Below are positions 1-9,797 of a stretch of 64,000 nt of DNA, piece after piece. A program made the translations under genes and the position numbers. This stretch comes from Minisyncoccota bacterium (GTDB taxonomy: Bacteria; Patescibacteriota; Minisyncoccia; Phycocordibacterales; SBAW01): the NCBI GenBank assembly GCA_035549255.1, contig DASZRD010000006.1:18546-82545 (forward strand), in the 5' to 3' direction. The notes beneath the pieces are model-generated. The model worked only from the letters and a program-made list of their open reading frames with translations. It had not been told where the DNA came from and ran no database searches. Position 1 is the first letter of the stretch. Every line of letters starts with the position of its first letter.

Positions 1-947
1 CGGACAAGCTCGATGCCGAGATTGCGCAGATGCCATTCGAGTGCAAGGTTCGACATCACTGTCCCAACGATGAGCTTTTTGGCAAGCATATCGGCTTCGA
101 GCCAGGTCTCGGCGATGAGCGCCAGGACCTGATCGCCGTCAATGAGCCTGCCGTGCTCGTCGCAGAGCACCACCCGGTCGGCATCGCCATCGAGCGCGAT
201 GCCGATATCGGCGCGGACTCCCTTTACCCTGCGGGAGATCGATTCGGGATGCGTCGAGCCGCACTCGTCGTTGATGTTGTACCCATCGGGCTCGACGCCG
301 ATCGTGAACACCTCGGCGCCGAGCTCGCGCAGCGCCTGCGGAGCCACCTTGTAAGCGGCGCCGTTGGCGCAATCGAGAACGATCCTGAGCCCGTCGAGGT
401 CGAGGTTCTTGGGGAACGTTCCCTCAACGAATTCGACGTAGCGATCCTGCGCGCCGTCGATCCGCTTCGCCCGCCCGATCGAATTGCGATCGGCGAGGCT
501 TCCCATCAGGAACGGGTTGTTGATCATCGCTTCGATTTGATGCTCCTTGTCGTCGGAGATCTTGTAGCCGTCGGGGCCGAACAGCTTGATGCCGTTGTCC
601 GCGTACGGGTTGTGCGACGCCGAGATCATGACGCCCAAGTCCATGCGCATCGCGCGCGTGAGCGCGGCAACGCCGGGGGTCGGGATCGGGCCCGTCTGGT
701 CGACATTCATGCCGGCAGAGAGGAACCCTCCGGTGAGCGTCTGCTCGATCATGTAGCCGGAGAGCCTCGTATCCTTGCCGATGAGAACCTTGCGGTCCCC
801 GCCGTTCTTGAACACGAGCCCAGCGGCCTGGCCCACCTTGAGCGCGAGTTCGGCGGTGAGGTCGAAGTTGGCCTCGCCGCGGATGCCGTCGGTGCCGAAG
901 TGGCGCCGCCAGACCTGCGTCGACTTTTCTTCCTTGGGTTTCTTCAT
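1..947 (-). CDS. glmM: Phosphoglucosamine mutase, N-terminal ~315 codons; 3' end lies outside the window
   Basis: Manual minus-strand translation from the ATG at ~947 gives [43 protein letters not shown]...[23 protein letters not shown]...[24 protein letters not shown]. The GTDGIRG N-terminal signature and the SASHNP phosphoserine loop are both present, and the sequence is colinear with GlmM. A GAAGGAG SD lies 6 nt upstream. The gene is absent from the ORF track because it runs off the window edge; the 30..965 plus ORF is its antisense shadow. Confidence 0.85.
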   Translation of the reverse strand, partial: MKKPKEEKSTQVWRRHFGTDGIRGEANFDLTAELALKVGQAAGLVFKNGGDRKVLIGKDTRLSGYMIEQTLTGGFLSAGMNVDQTGPIPTPGVAALTRAMRMDLGVMISASHNPYADNGIKLFGPDGYKISDDKEHQIEAMINNPFLMGSLADRNSIGRAKRIDGAQDRYVEFVEGTFPKNLDLDGLRIVLDCANGAAYKVAPQALRELGAEVFTIGVEPDGYNINDECGSTHPESISRRVKGVRADIGIALDGDADRVVLCDEHGRLIDGDQVLALIAETWLEADMLAKKLIVGTVMSNLALEWHLRNLGIELV

Positions 948-1050
948 GGAACGTACTCCTTCTGAATCTGATTGAGAATCGTCAAAGAATCCGCCGGGAA
1001 CAATAGAATTGTTCCCGGCGGATGTCAATCGTTCCCTGTTTAGTTTGAAA

Positions 1051-1521
1051 TTACCACGCGAAGTGCGCGAATGCCTTGTTGGCTTCGGCCATGCGCAGCG
1101 TGTCGTCGCGCTTCTTGATCGCTGAGCCCTCGTTGTTGGCAGCAGCCATGATTTCAGCCGCGAGTTTCTCGGCCATCGGCTTGCCCTTCCCGCCGCGCGC
1201 TGCGATAAGGATCCAGCGGAACGCGAGCGCCATCTTGCGCTCGGCGCGCACCTCGCGCGGCACCTGATAGTTGGCGCCGCCGACGCGACGCGAGCGGATC
1301 TCCATGGCCGGCCCCACGTTGCGGATCGCGGTTTCGAAGAGCTCGACCGGGTTCTCCACCTTGGCCTTCTCTTTAATAATCTCGAGCGCGTCGTAGACGA
1401 CCTGGCGCGCGGTCGACTTCTTGCCGTCCTGCATGACGGAGTTGATGAACTTCTCCACGCGGACAGAATTGTACTTCATGTCCGGTCCGACGATATTGCG
1501 ATTTTTAACGGGGCGACGCAT
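1051..1521 (-). CDS. rpsG: 30S ribosomal protein S7
   Basis: 156 aa; the conserved S7 sequence (…[17 protein letters not shown]…[20 protein letters not shown]…) is recognisable directly. Confidence 0.97.
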   Translation of the reverse strand: MRRPVKNRNIVGPDMKYNSVRVEKFINSVMQDGKKSTARQVVYDALEIIKEKAKVENPVELFETAIRNVGPAMEIRSRRVGGANYQVPREVRAERKMALAFRWILIAARGGKGKPMAEKLAAEIMAAANNEGSAIKKRDDTLRMAEANKAFAHFAW

Positions 1522-1544
1522 ACAATTAAATAGTCTTTACAAAA

Positions 1545-1952
1545 TTATTTGGGGCGCTTGCCGCCGTAGCGCGAGCGGCTGACGCGGCGCTTCTCGAGAC
1601 CGGAGGCGTCGAGCTTGCCGCGTACGATCTGATAGCGAACGTTGATGTCCTTCACGCGGCCGGCGCGCACAAGCACGACCGAGTGCTCTTGCAGGTTGTG
1701 GCCCTCGCCCGGAATATACGCGGTGATCTCCTGGCCGTTGGTGAGCCGCACGCGGGCGATCTTGCGGATCGCTGAGTTCGGCTTGCGGGGAGTCGTCGTC
1801 GTCACCTTGGTACAGACACCGCGCTTGAAGGGGCTCGGGTAGAAGACCGGGCGGTTCTTGAGCACGTTGAAGCCGCGCCCGAGCGCCGGGGACTTGGATT
1901 TGCTAGTGCGGTTTTTGCGGCCCTTGCGGACCAGTTGCGAGATGCGTGCCAT
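1545..1952 (-). CDS. rpsL: 30S ribosomal protein S12
   Basis: 135 aa; the S12 hallmark motifs [26 protein letters not shown] and a Lys/Arg-rich C-terminus are present. Confidence 0.97.
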   Translation of the reverse strand: MARISQLVRKGRKNRTSKSKSPALGRGFNVLKNRPVFYPSPFKRGVCTKVTTTTPRKPNSAIRKIARVRLTNGQEITAYIPGEGHNLQEHSVVLVRAGRVKDINVRYQIVRGKLDASGLEKRRVSRSRYGGKRPK

Positions 1953-1959
1953 CTTTCAA

Positions 1960-1982
1960 GTAAAAACGCCCGGAAGGCGTTG
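1960..1982 (-). terminator. Intrinsic terminator-like hairpin (AACGCC-CGGA-AGGCGTT plus a T-run on the minus strand) downstream of the giant gene; it could also be part of the rpsL leader
   Basis: An inverted repeat followed by TTTTT when read on the minus strand. Confidence 0.4.
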
Positions 1983-2034
1983 GCAGTACTTTACTATATA
2001 TAGGCAATCCCTGCAAACCCCCTTCTGCCGCAAG

Positions 2035-5000
2035 CTATATCTCTTGATAGGATGGCACAATGTCCACGGTTTGTGATGCGCTTGTAGTTGTCGTACCGTC
2101 AGGCGCCGTACAGACAAGCTTGAATGTGGTCGTCTGAGTGATTATAGAAGATACGCCGGCCAAATTGCTCCAGCTTGTCGCATTGGCGGGAGAAGACTGC
2201 GGGAATCCTGCACCCCCCGGACTGCGGCTTACGGTGCAGGAGTCGCTGTTGTTACCGTTTGCCCCGGTGACCATACTCGGCACGCTCCAGGTGATAGTTG
2301 CCGTTGCGCCGGTACGCACGCGACCCGGGGAGACTCCAAGATTGCAGCTCGTTCCTGCGGAGCCATAGCAAGCGGCAAGGGAACTTGAAGGGAGCGAGGC
2401 AGCGCTCTGTTGGTCAGTGATGGTTACCGTATCGCTGCTTGGCGTACCTACGGTATAGCTCGAATCGCCGGGACTCTGCACCGCCATAGTCACCGGTTCA
2501 TTACCTTCGTACAGCGAGTCCTGGATGGGCGTCACCGTCACATCAACTGACGCGGCATTCGCAGGAATAGTGAGGGTTGTTCCGGTCGTCCCGGAGATAC
2601 TCGCGCCGGAGAGCGTGTAGTCGGTGTTGCGGACTGCATTATTTCCACCCGTAATGATATTAAAGAGCACGTTAAGTGCCGAGGAAATATCGAGATTTCC
2701 GGAACTCGGCGTATAGGTTATGACGATGATTCCGGACGCTCCTGCGCCGCCGGTACCGCATGTAGGACCATTATAGCTTGCACCGCCGCTGCTTCCTCCG
2801 CCCCCATAGAGCCCTCCTGCAGAGCCGGTTGTCATTCCATTATTCAATTTACCCGGGGCTCCTCCTCCGCCACCAGAGCCGTGCGAAGAGTCGAATTCTG
2901 TTCCCGCTCCTCCCGCGCCTCCGACATTGCTTCCGCCGGAACCGCCGCCTCCGCCTCCGCTCGTGCCTGGACCGCCGGCCTGGGTATCTCCACCATGCGC
3001 GCCCCCTCCCGTACCATCGGCATTATTGCCGCCATCGCCGCCTGTATATGCGTTATAGGGCATGTTGCCCGCAGCACCCCCGCCATTTCCCCCTCCTCCT
3101 GCGCCCGATCCGCCTAATCCTCCAATTGCATCTCCGCCAACACCGCCGTTCCCCCTTGGTCCGGCTGCGCCGCCGCCGCCAGCAGCAGTCGCCCCGTATC
3201 CCTTGCCTCCGTTTCCTCCGGAGAATTTCGTCGCGCCCTTGCCGCTGCTGGCCGCTCCGCCTGCGGCAGCAGTACTTGGCGCTCCCGAACTACCTCCCTT
3301 CCCGCCCTGCGCACCAACTACTACAGCGGTTCCCGCAAGAGATGCGCAATTTGAAGTCGAGTTGCACAGATAGGTATCACCGCCCGCAGCGCCGACATTG
3401 CAGGAAGGATACGATCCTCCCGAAGCGCCGCCGCTCCCTCCAGCGCCAACAGCAAAGGCAATAGAAGCTCCCGGCGTAAGCGATACATTCGTAGAGGAGG
3501 AAAATCCGCCGCCTCCGCCGCCTCCGCCCACCGCCGAACCGCCGCCGCCCGCGCCGATTACTTGAATGGAATTATTGGAAGAATTCCAGTCTCCAGGAAC
3601 GACCCATGGAGACGCGTTACTGGTAAACAGATAGCCGCGGCACTGCCCTCCGCCAATGGGAGACCCGAACCCGCAGGCGCTTGAGCCATTGGCGGTCCGC
3701 GTGACTGTAAATTTGCCGGTTGTTATCGGGCTTTCTGTCGCAGTCGGATCGCTCGCAGTAATCGTGACCGTCGGCGCGGATGGCGGGAACCAGACACTTG
3801 CCCCGCCGGACACCGCGGCCAGGGTAGAAGCATCCGTACACATAAGGGAGAAAGACGTAGTCTGCGAGAGCGACTGCGTATCGGCAATATTGGCCGAGCC
3901 GTCGGTTCTCCACGGCTCCATCGCATACCCTTCGAACGGGAACGCGCCGTTGATGGGCGTACGATAGATAATGTTGGTGTAGCTGGCTGAATTTACGCCG
4001 CCCAACAGATACAGATAGTTGTTGGCAACGATAATCGCGGAGTAATCGACCGCCGATGGCAGCGCTTTCCCAGTGTCATACCACGTGGTCGGGTCCGTCG
4101 TAGAAGCGGCGTATATTTCGGATGTGACGAAATTTGAAGTGCCATTGGCTGCATTTCCGCCAAACAAATAAAGAGAATCTCCGACAACCGCCAACGCAGA
4201 GTTCGACAAGGGTACCGGGAGCGTCTTGCCCGAGACTACGCTCCACGATGTTGGGTCAGACAAGGGAGCGCGCAGAATAGTATTTATCGGATTAGCGTCA
4301 TCGGTTGAGCCGCCGAATATATATACGTAATTACCCACTATGCCAACACGCCCTTTCTCTATATTAATAGGCATGGTCTTGCCAGTATTCGACCATGAGG
4401 TCGGGTCGGAAATAGGGGCGCGATAAATGACGTTAGTGGGTCCCGAGCTTAAGACCCCGCCGAAGAGGTAGACATAGCCGCCAATAATGGCAAGTTCGCT
4501 TCTCTCGATAGCGGCAGGCAACGTTTTGCCTGAGACGACGCTCCAGTTTGTCGGGTCAGACACCGGAGCGCGATAAATAAGGTTGGAGACGGAGCCGTTG
4601 TTGCATCCGCCGTACAAATAAATGTAGCTCCCCACGGCTGCCAGTTGGAAGCAGCTCATCTTGTTGGGCATGGTTTTGCTGCTGGTGTACCACTTGGTAG
4701 GATCCGTCAAATTCGAAAAGTAAATAGTGTTCTTGAAATTCGTACCATCATACCCGCCGTAGATATATATCTGCCCATTAACGGTAATGGCCTGGAATTT
4801 ATTCATGCTCGCGGGTATGGTCTTGCCGGTATTAATCCACGAAGAAACCGGATCATCCGTTCCAGAGGAGGCGGGAGCGGGAGAAACATTCATAGTGCAG
4901 GAGCCTGGCACGACGCCCGTAGCGCTCCAGGTGACCGACGTCGTACCCTGACCCGACTTCATTGAAGAGGAAGCGACTAGGACTGAAATCGAAGCCGAGC

Positions 5001-5247
5001 CTCCGGCACCCCCTACAGCTCCCAACAGCGAACCTGAACCACCGGGAATATTTGAAAATGGCTGTGCAGGCTGTTCCGAAGACGGCAAAGGATTATTTGC
5101 AGAGAATCTCGGCCCGGTTCCATCGATAGCCTCTATGCACGGACCAACCGATGTCGAAGAAACCTTCGGGAAAATCTGCGGCTGAGCCAAAGCTACCGCA
5201 AAGAGCATGAGCAGCGCCACGCCGCCAGTGAGCTTCGCGATGGTCAT
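2035..5247 (-). CDS. Large secreted protein: signal peptide, about six Kelch-type repeats, a long glycine-rich low-complexity region, and a Ser/Thr-rich C-terminal domain
   Basis: The 1083-aa ORF is trimmed to the internal ATG giving MTIAKLTGGVALLMLFAVALAQ (signal peptide-like). A repeated Y.Y.GG motif recurs about every 50 aa (QIYIYGGYDG, YIYLYGGCNNG, YVYLFGGVLSSG, YVYIFGGSTDD, SLYLFGGNAANG, YLYLLGGVNSAS). A central ~330 aa is >50% Gly (GGGGGGGG runs). Confidence 0.75.
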   Translation of the reverse strand: MTIAKLTGGVALLMLFAVALAQPQIFPKVSSTSVGPCIEAIDGTGPRFSANNPLPSSEQPAQPFSNIPGGSGSLLGAVGGAGGSASISVLVASSSMKSGQGTTSVTWSATGVVPGSCTMNVSPAPASSGTDDPVSSWINTGKTIPASMNKFQAITVNGQIYIYGGYDGTNFKNTIYFSNLTDPTKWYTSSKTMPNKMSCFQLAAVGSYIYLYGGCNNGSVSNLIYRAPVSDPTNWSVVSGKTLPAAIERSELAIIGGYVYLFGGVLSSGPTNVIYRAPISDPTSWSNTGKTMPINIEKGRVGIVGNYVYIFGGSTDDANPINTILRAPLSDPTSWSVVSGKTLPVPLSNSALAVVGDSLYLFGGNAANGTSNFVTSEIYAASTTDPTTWYDTGKALPSAVDYSAIIVANNYLYLLGGVNSASYTNIIYRTPINGAFPFEGYAMEPWRTDGSANIADTQSLSQTTSFSLMCTDASTLAAVSGGASVWFPPSAPTVTITASDPTATESPITTGKFTVTRTANGSSACGFGSPIGGGQCRGYLFTSNASPWVVPGDWNSSNNSIQVIGAGGGGSAVGGGGGGGGFSSSTNVSLTPGASIAFAVGAGGSGGASGGSYPSCNVGAAGGDTYLCNSTSNCASLAGTAVVVGAQGGKGGSSGAPSTAAAGGAASSGKGATKFSGGNGGKGYGATAAGGGGAAGPRGNGGVGGDAIGGLGGSGAGGGGNGGGAAGNMPYNAYTGGDGGNNADGTGGGAHGGDTQAGGPGTSGGGGGGSGGSNVGGAGGAGTEFDSSHGSGGGGGAPGKLNNGMTTGSAGGLYGGGGSSGGASYNGPTCGTGGAGASGIIVITYTPSSGNLDISSALNVLFNIITGGNNAVRNTDYTLSGASISGTTGTTLTIPANAASVDVTVTPIQDSLYEGNEPVTMAVQSPGDSSYTVGTPSSDTVTITDQQSAASLPSSSLAACYGSAGTSCNLGVSPGRVRTGATATITWSVPSMVTGANGNNSDSCTVSRSPGGAGFPQSSPANATSWSNLAGVSSIITQTTTFKLVCTAPDGTTTTSASQTVDIVPSYQEI

Positions 5248-5337
5248 GAGCTTGTTGTGGGAGAGGTGCGGTGAAAAATGCCCCATGCACCATCAGTATA
5301 GGGTCGGACCAAATTCCCCGCTCTGCTGTTATCAACA

Positions 5338-5976
5338 CTACGAAAGGGAGACGCCCGTCAGGAGCGTAAAAAGCGATTGCAGAAAGCCCGTGAAGACAGG
5401 CGCCAACAGGAAGTAAAAGACGAGCAGCACCACAAGCGTACCGCCGAGGACCCCGAGCCGCTCGAAGCTCGCGCGGAGGCTGTCGTACGCGCGGCCGAGC
5501 TCGCCCGGAAGTATCGCCGAGAGCACTTTCGAGCCATCCAACGGCGGAATCGGGATGAGGTTAAAAAGCGCAAGCAACATGTTGATGTACGTAATAACCG
5601 CGAGCGCGGATAAGAGGCTCGGGTCGGTGATATCTGCGAATCGGATGATGAGCCCGAAGATAAGCGCGATCACGATATTGGTGCCCGGCCCCGCGAAGGC
5701 GACCAGCGCCTCGTCCCATTTGCCACGGAGGTTGTACGGGTTATAGGGAACCGGCTTGGCGTAGCCGATAAGAAACGGCGAATTGGTAAGGACCAAGAGC
5801 GCGGGCAGGATCACCGTACCGACCGGGTCGATATGCGAGAGGGGGTTGAGCGTAAGGCGGCCTTGGAGCCGCGCGGTCGGGTCGCCAAGCCAATTGGCCA
5901 TGTAGCCATGCGCCACCTCGTGGAGAATGACCGAAAATATGAGGATTATGATGCTGAAGAGGATGTCTGTTGGCAT
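5338..5976 (-). CDS. Site-2 protease family zinc metalloprotease (peptidase M50, SpoIVFB-like)
   Basis: 212-aa polytopic membrane protein with HEVAHG (HExxH) in the first TM helix and an LDGS motif. Confidence 0.85.
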   Translation of the reverse strand: MPTDILFSIIILIFSVILHEVAHGYMANWLGDPTARLQGRLTLNPLSHIDPVGTVILPALLVLTNSPFLIGYAKPVPYNPYNLRGKWDEALVAFAGPGTNIVIALIFGLIIRFADITDPSLLSALAVITYINMLLALFNLIPIPPLDGSKVLSAILPGELGRAYDSLRASFERLGVLGGTLVVLLVFYFLLAPVFTGFLQSLFTLLTGVSLS

Positions 5977-6015
5977 ATCTATAAAGTCATGATATCATGC
6001 CTGAACATTCGATTT

Positions 6016-6258
6016 ATGGCCAAGATTTGCCCCGTAACCAAGAAAGGCTCGCTTGTCGCAGGCGGCTACGATAACAGCGTACGCGCCGGGAAGTTTAACC
6101 CTACCGGTAAAGTACGCAAGTACGCGAACCTTCAGAAGAAGCGTATTTTCGTGCCGGAGCTCAACCGCACGGTGACCCTTACGCTATCTACCAAAGGCAT
6201 GCGCACGATCACCAAGAACGGCGCGTACAAGACCCTCAAGGCCGCGGGCGTTATATAA
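6016..6258 (+). CDS. rpmB: 50S ribosomal protein L28
   Basis: Internal ATG of track ORF 5833..6258; MAKICPVTKKGSLVAGGYDNSVRAGKFNPTGKVRKYANLQKKRIFVPELNRTVTLTLSTKGMRTITKNG matches the L28 family. Confidence 0.85.
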   Translation: MAKICPVTKKGSLVAGGYDNSVRAGKFNPTGKVRKYANLQKKRIFVPELNRTVTLTLSTKGMRTITKNGAYKTLKAAGVI

Positions 6259-6274
6259 CTTAAGAAATCTCAAA

Positions 6275-6306
6275 GCAAAATCGCTCCGGAGCAATCCGGG
6301 GCGTTT
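6275..6306. terminator. Hairpin plus T-run after rpmB; bidirectional, as it abuts the 3' end of the MBL gene
   Basis: GCTCCGGAGCAATCCGGGGCGTTTTTA. Confidence 0.4.
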
Positions 6307-7176
6307 TTATTTGCGCACAAATGTCGTGCCGTCGGAGACAAATTCTACTGTTCCCTCTTCGTCGGTGCGCAGCACCTGCACATTATGCGCGGCGAGGGTG
6401 TCTAGGGTCACTTGCTTGGGGAAGCCGTAGCGGTTGTTGGCGCCAAGCGAGATGATCGCAATCCTAGGATCAACTTCCCCAACAAAGTCGCTCCCGGTCG
6501 AGCCTGCCGAGCCGTGATGGCCGACTTTTAAGATATCGCTTTTGAGTTGCGTCGTGGACCCAAACGCCATCAAACTATTCTCGACATCCATCGGCGCGTC
6601 GCACATGAAGATCATCGAGGTGTTGCCGTAGACCAAGTGCGCGACGATACAACCCTCATTTGCATCGTCGGGCTTGAGAGTCGAGGCGTCGAAATCGGGC
6701 CAGAGGATATCGAGGCGCGCCCCGCCACCGAGATCGAGCCACATGCCGCGACGCGCCAATACGCGCGGGATATGCTCCGTATCGATTTCTTTTTCAAGAG
6801 TCTCTGCCGTAAGCGTCGGCTTCGGGATCCCGGGTTCTATAAAATCACCGACTACGTAGCGTTTAAGCAGGTCAATAAAGCCGGTGATATGGTCGGCATC
6901 GGGGTGCGTCTCCATGACTGCGTCGAGCGAGCGGTCGGCGAGCGGCATGAGTTTGGGCAGCTCGTGGAGGAGCGAGTCATCCGGCCCGCCGTCGATCACG
7001 ATCTGTGCCCCGGTCGGAGATTCTATAAATATGGAGTCGCCCTGCCCCACGTCCATGACGGCGACCGTAAGCACGCCCGGCGGCGTCTCTCCGAACACCT
7101 CCGCCCAGATGCCGACGCACAGGACCGCGAGCGCGCCGAGCGCCAGATATGAAAAATTGCGCCGCAAAAACTCCAT
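6307..7176 (-). CDS. ComEC-type metallo-beta-lactamase domain protein with an N-terminal TM anchor (stand-alone ComEC C-terminal domain)
   Basis: LTVAVMDVGQGDSIFIESPTGAQIVIDGG is followed by HPDADHITG (HxHxDH), the MBL fold typical of the ComEC C-terminus. A TATACT -10 lies 6 nt upstream of the ATG on the minus strand. Confidence 0.75.
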   Translation of the reverse strand: MEFLRRNFSYLALGALAVLCVGIWAEVFGETPPGVLTVAVMDVGQGDSIFIESPTGAQIVIDGGPDDSLLHELPKLMPLADRSLDAVMETHPDADHITGFIDLLKRYVVGDFIEPGIPKPTLTAETLEKEIDTEHIPRVLARRGMWLDLGGGARLDILWPDFDASTLKPDDANEGCIVAHLVYGNTSMIFMCDAPMDVENSLMAFGSTTQLKSDILKVGHHGSAGSTGSDFVGEVDPRIAIISLGANNRYGFPKQVTLDTLAAHNVQVLRTDEEGTVEFVSDGTTFVRK

Positions 7177-7195
7177 GCGAGCAGTATACCTAGAA

Positions 7196-7231
7196 AAGAA
7201 AAAGGCGCGAGATTTCTCTCGCGCCTTTTTA
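7196..7231. terminator. Bidirectional intrinsic terminator between convergent genes
   Basis: AAAAAGGCGCGAGATTTCTCTCGCGCCTTTTT: a perfect 9-bp stem flanked by an A-run and a T-run. Confidence 0.55.
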
Positions 7232-7251
7232 TGCCCTTCTCGCCATAGAGG

Positions 7252-7755
7252 CTAGTTGCCGGTGGCCGAAGCAATCATCGGCGTCGGCGGCGCAGGCGGT
7301 GCGTACGGATCGGTTGTGTCGAAATGAGCAGACCGTTCGATGAGCGCCAGCGTGTGGATGTACCAAAGCGGGTCATCGATTACGAGCGGCATGATCGACC
7401 CCCCAAGAAGCGGGTAGACGCCCGCGTCTTGGTTGCTCTGGGCATACTCTTCGGCTTCAGCCCACGTCATGAACGCATGGCAGGTCTGGTCTTCGCCGTC
7501 TTCGTCCAGGCAGATGATCGCGTCGCCCTGTCCGACGATTACCGGACCGTCATCGTCAGTGGCGCTCCAGTCAGTATTGACCGCCGAGACCGGCGGATCC
7601 TGCTCGGTCGAAACAAGAAGGTTCAACGGCGGCGATTGATAAATGGACGCCGAGGAATAGAAATCGAAACCCGCTTCCGGGTCCGACTTGCCCGCCGCCT
7701 GAACGGCAGACGTTACCGCAAAGGCTGCCACAAGGGCAGCAAGCACGACTTTCAT
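7252..7755 (-). CDS. Secreted acidic hypothetical protein
   Basis: 167 aa; signal peptide MKVVLAALVAAFAVTSAVQAAG; Asp/Glu-rich mature part. Confidence 0.6.
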   Translation of the reverse strand: MKVVLAALVAAFAVTSAVQAAGKSDPEAGFDFYSSASIYQSPPLNLLVSTEQDPPVSAVNTDWSATDDDGPVIVGQGDAIICLDEDGEDQTCHAFMTWAEAEEYAQSNQDAGVYPLLGGSIMPLVIDDPLWYIHTLALIERSAHFDTTDPYAPPAPPTPMIASATGN

Positions 7756-7891
7756 GTCACTTCCCTCCTAGTTGTTGCAGAACTCGCGAAAAGCTAACAC
7801 CAGCGCAACTATGCAATGATTTGAGTATTTTTGCAACCCTTCTGTGGATATCTTTATCCGCGCTTCAGGAAGAGGGTGGTTTACTAAACGC

Positions 7892-8485
7892 ATGCAATAC
7901 GAAGAAAAAAAGTTCGCTATCCCCGAGCTCGATGGCATCTCTAAGGAGTCTGTTGATCAGCACCTCGGCCTCTATGCGGGCTATGTAAAAAATTTCAACG
8001 CGATCAGCGCCGCGATAGAGGAATTATTGAAGGATCCGGAGAAGAACGCGCTCGCTATCGCCGAGCTGCGCCGCCGGCATTCCTTCGAATTCGACGGCAT
8101 GAAATTGCACGAGCTCTACTTCCCACAGCTCGAGGGCGGCGCATCTTCCCTTTCTCCCGACAGCGCGCTGGCGCAAGCAGTCGCCAAGCATTGGGGCAGC
8201 GCCGATGCGCTCGTGGCGCGCGCGCGGCAGACCGCAACGATCCGCGGGCCAGGTTGGGCTATCCTGTACTACAACCCCGAAGTAAAAGCATTCCACATGG
8301 GCTTCGTCGGCGAGCAGCATCAGGGGCACTTCGCAACGCTCCCCATCGTGCTCGCGCTCGATGTCTGGGAGCACGCGTACGTGCTCGACTACGGCGCCTC
8401 CGGCCGCGGCAAGTATGTCGACGCGTTTTTCAAAAATCTTAATTGGAAGGTTGTCGAGAAGCGGTTTGAAGATATCTCCAAGTAG
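7892..8485 (+). CDS. Fe/Mn-family superoxide dismutase
   Basis: DVWEHAYV (the DxWEHAYY metal-ligand motif), conserved His in QHLG and in MKLHELYF, and N-terminal ISKESVDQH typical of Fe/Mn SODs. The start is placed at the first ATG (MQYEEKK); the track ORF begins at an upstream GTG at 7844. Confidence 0.8.
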   Translation: MQYEEKKFAIPELDGISKESVDQHLGLYAGYVKNFNAISAAIEELLKDPEKNALAIAELRRRHSFEFDGMKLHELYFPQLEGGASSLSPDSALAQAVAKHWGSADALVARARQTATIRGPGWAILYYNPEVKAFHMGFVGEQHQGHFATLPIVLALDVWEHAYVLDYGASGRGKYVDAFFKNLNWKVVEKRFEDISK

Positions 8486-9782
8486 CAAACGTGGTGAGCG
8501 GAATATAGATGAGCACGAGCAGCCACGCGGGGTAGGCTGTTACGATGGCCGACGAGAACGGCAGTGCAGTTGCTGTGGTCGCGATGAGTATCATCCATTT
8601 GAGCAGCGCGTCGCCGAGAATGGTAAACGGCAATGCGAGTACTGGGTGTATAAGGCCGAGCATGCCCGCGATAAATCCTAAGAGCATCGCGAAGGACACC
8701 ACTGGGAGCGCGAGCAGGTTGGCCGGCAGCGCAATAAACGAAAGTACGCCGTTAAAGTAGAGCAGTGCCGGGAGCACAAATATCTGCACAGAAATTGTTG
8801 CGGCAGTTATGGCACGGATATTGAATTTCTCCGGCACCCACGAGACCCAGTGCGAGACCGTGGGTTCGAGCGTAATGAGGCCGAAGGTCGCAAGCACGCT
8901 CAAGATAAATGACGAGTCATAGAGCGCTACGAGCGGGTTCCAGAGGATCATCGCACCGGCAGCGGCAATTAAGCTCCGCATCGCGATTGTCGGCCGCTGC
9001 ATATATTGCGCGACAATCGAGATGAGCCCCATGATGCACGCGCGCACGGTCGTGGCACCCGCGCCCGTCATGAGCGCGAAGAGGATCATGAGCACGCCGC
9101 CGAAGCTGTAGGAGAGCGTGCGCGGCAGGAAACTCGTTACGTAGAGCATCGCGTTGGCGACGATCGAGATGTTATAGCCCGAGAGCACAACCACGTGTAC
9201 GAGGCTTGCGACGATGAACGCATGGTTGAGTTCTGCGGGGAGGCCCGAGCGCTCGCCGAGGAGAATCCCTTCGAGCAGCGAGTTGTCCGGCTCGGGAAAT
9301 AATTTCTCAATCGAGTGCTCGAACGTATGTTTGATAGAAAATAAGAATTTTTGTAGCGACCACTTCCCTATCGTGACATTCGTGATCGTTGCCGGACTCA
9401 TCATTGCCGAGACACCTTGTACGCGCAGATAATCTGCGTAGTCGAACGTCCGACCGGTGTCGGTGTCGAATGATTGCGCTTTTTCAACCTTGCCGCTCAC
9501 GGTTATCGTATCGCCATACTGGACGTCCGCTTGCCGCGCCACGATTGCGAGCAGCACTCCTCGCGCCGGCTGACTATTTATCGTCGCAACATCGACATTG
9601 AGGTGTGCCGAAGTCGCGCGCACGTCCGGGTCGGCAACCACTTTGCCAACCACCGTCACCTGTTGGTCTTGATACCTGAGCAGCGTATCCCCTGCCTCAT
9701 GCCGCCAAAGGAGCCCCACGCGCACAAAAAGGAAGAACCCGTAGGCCGTGAGCAAAAGTATCCAAAGCAGAGCCCGCTGCAT
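8439..9782 (-). CDS. comEC: ComEC/Rec2 DNA-uptake channel, membrane (DUF4131 plus competence) domains only; it lacks the MBL domain
   Basis: 447-aa polytopic protein; an N-terminal OB-fold-like segment is followed by about eight TM helices typical of the ComEC competence domain. The MBL-type partner is encoded separately at 6307..7176. Confidence 0.78.
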   Translation of the reverse strand: MQRALLWILLLTAYGFFLFVRVGLLWRHEAGDTLLRYQDQQVTVVGKVVADPDVRATSAHLNVDVATINSQPARGVLLAIVARQADVQYGDTITVSGKVEKAQSFDTDTGRTFDYADYLRVQGVSAMMSPATITNVTIGKWSLQKFLFSIKHTFEHSIEKLFPEPDNSLLEGILLGERSGLPAELNHAFIVASLVHVVVLSGYNISIVANAMLYVTSFLPRTLSYSFGGVLMILFALMTGAGATTVRACIMGLISIVAQYMQRPTIAMRSLIAAAGAMILWNPLVALYDSSFILSVLATFGLITLEPTVSHWVSWVPEKFNIRAITAATISVQIFVLPALLYFNGVLSFIALPANLLALPVVSFAMLLGFIAGMLGLIHPVLALPFTILGDALLKWMILIATTATALPFSSAIVTAYPAWLLVLIYIPLTTFATWRYLQTASRQPSN

Positions 9783-9797
9783 GCGGGCAACTTACCG

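Noticed and set aside
30-965. 311-aa plus-strand ORF from the track
   Set aside because: Asp/Arg/Val-rich antisense shadow of glmM; the minus strand translates into a colinear GlmM with an SD.
2778-3464. Arg/Pro-rich plus-strand ORFs inside the Gly-rich gene
   Set aside because: GGN codon runs read as Pro/Arg on the opposite strand; low-complexity artefacts.
7844-7891. GTG-initiated N-terminal extension of SOD
   Set aside because: SOD family alignment begins near MQYEEKKFAIPEL; the extension (MDIFIRASGRGWFTKR) is not typical, though it cannot be excluded.
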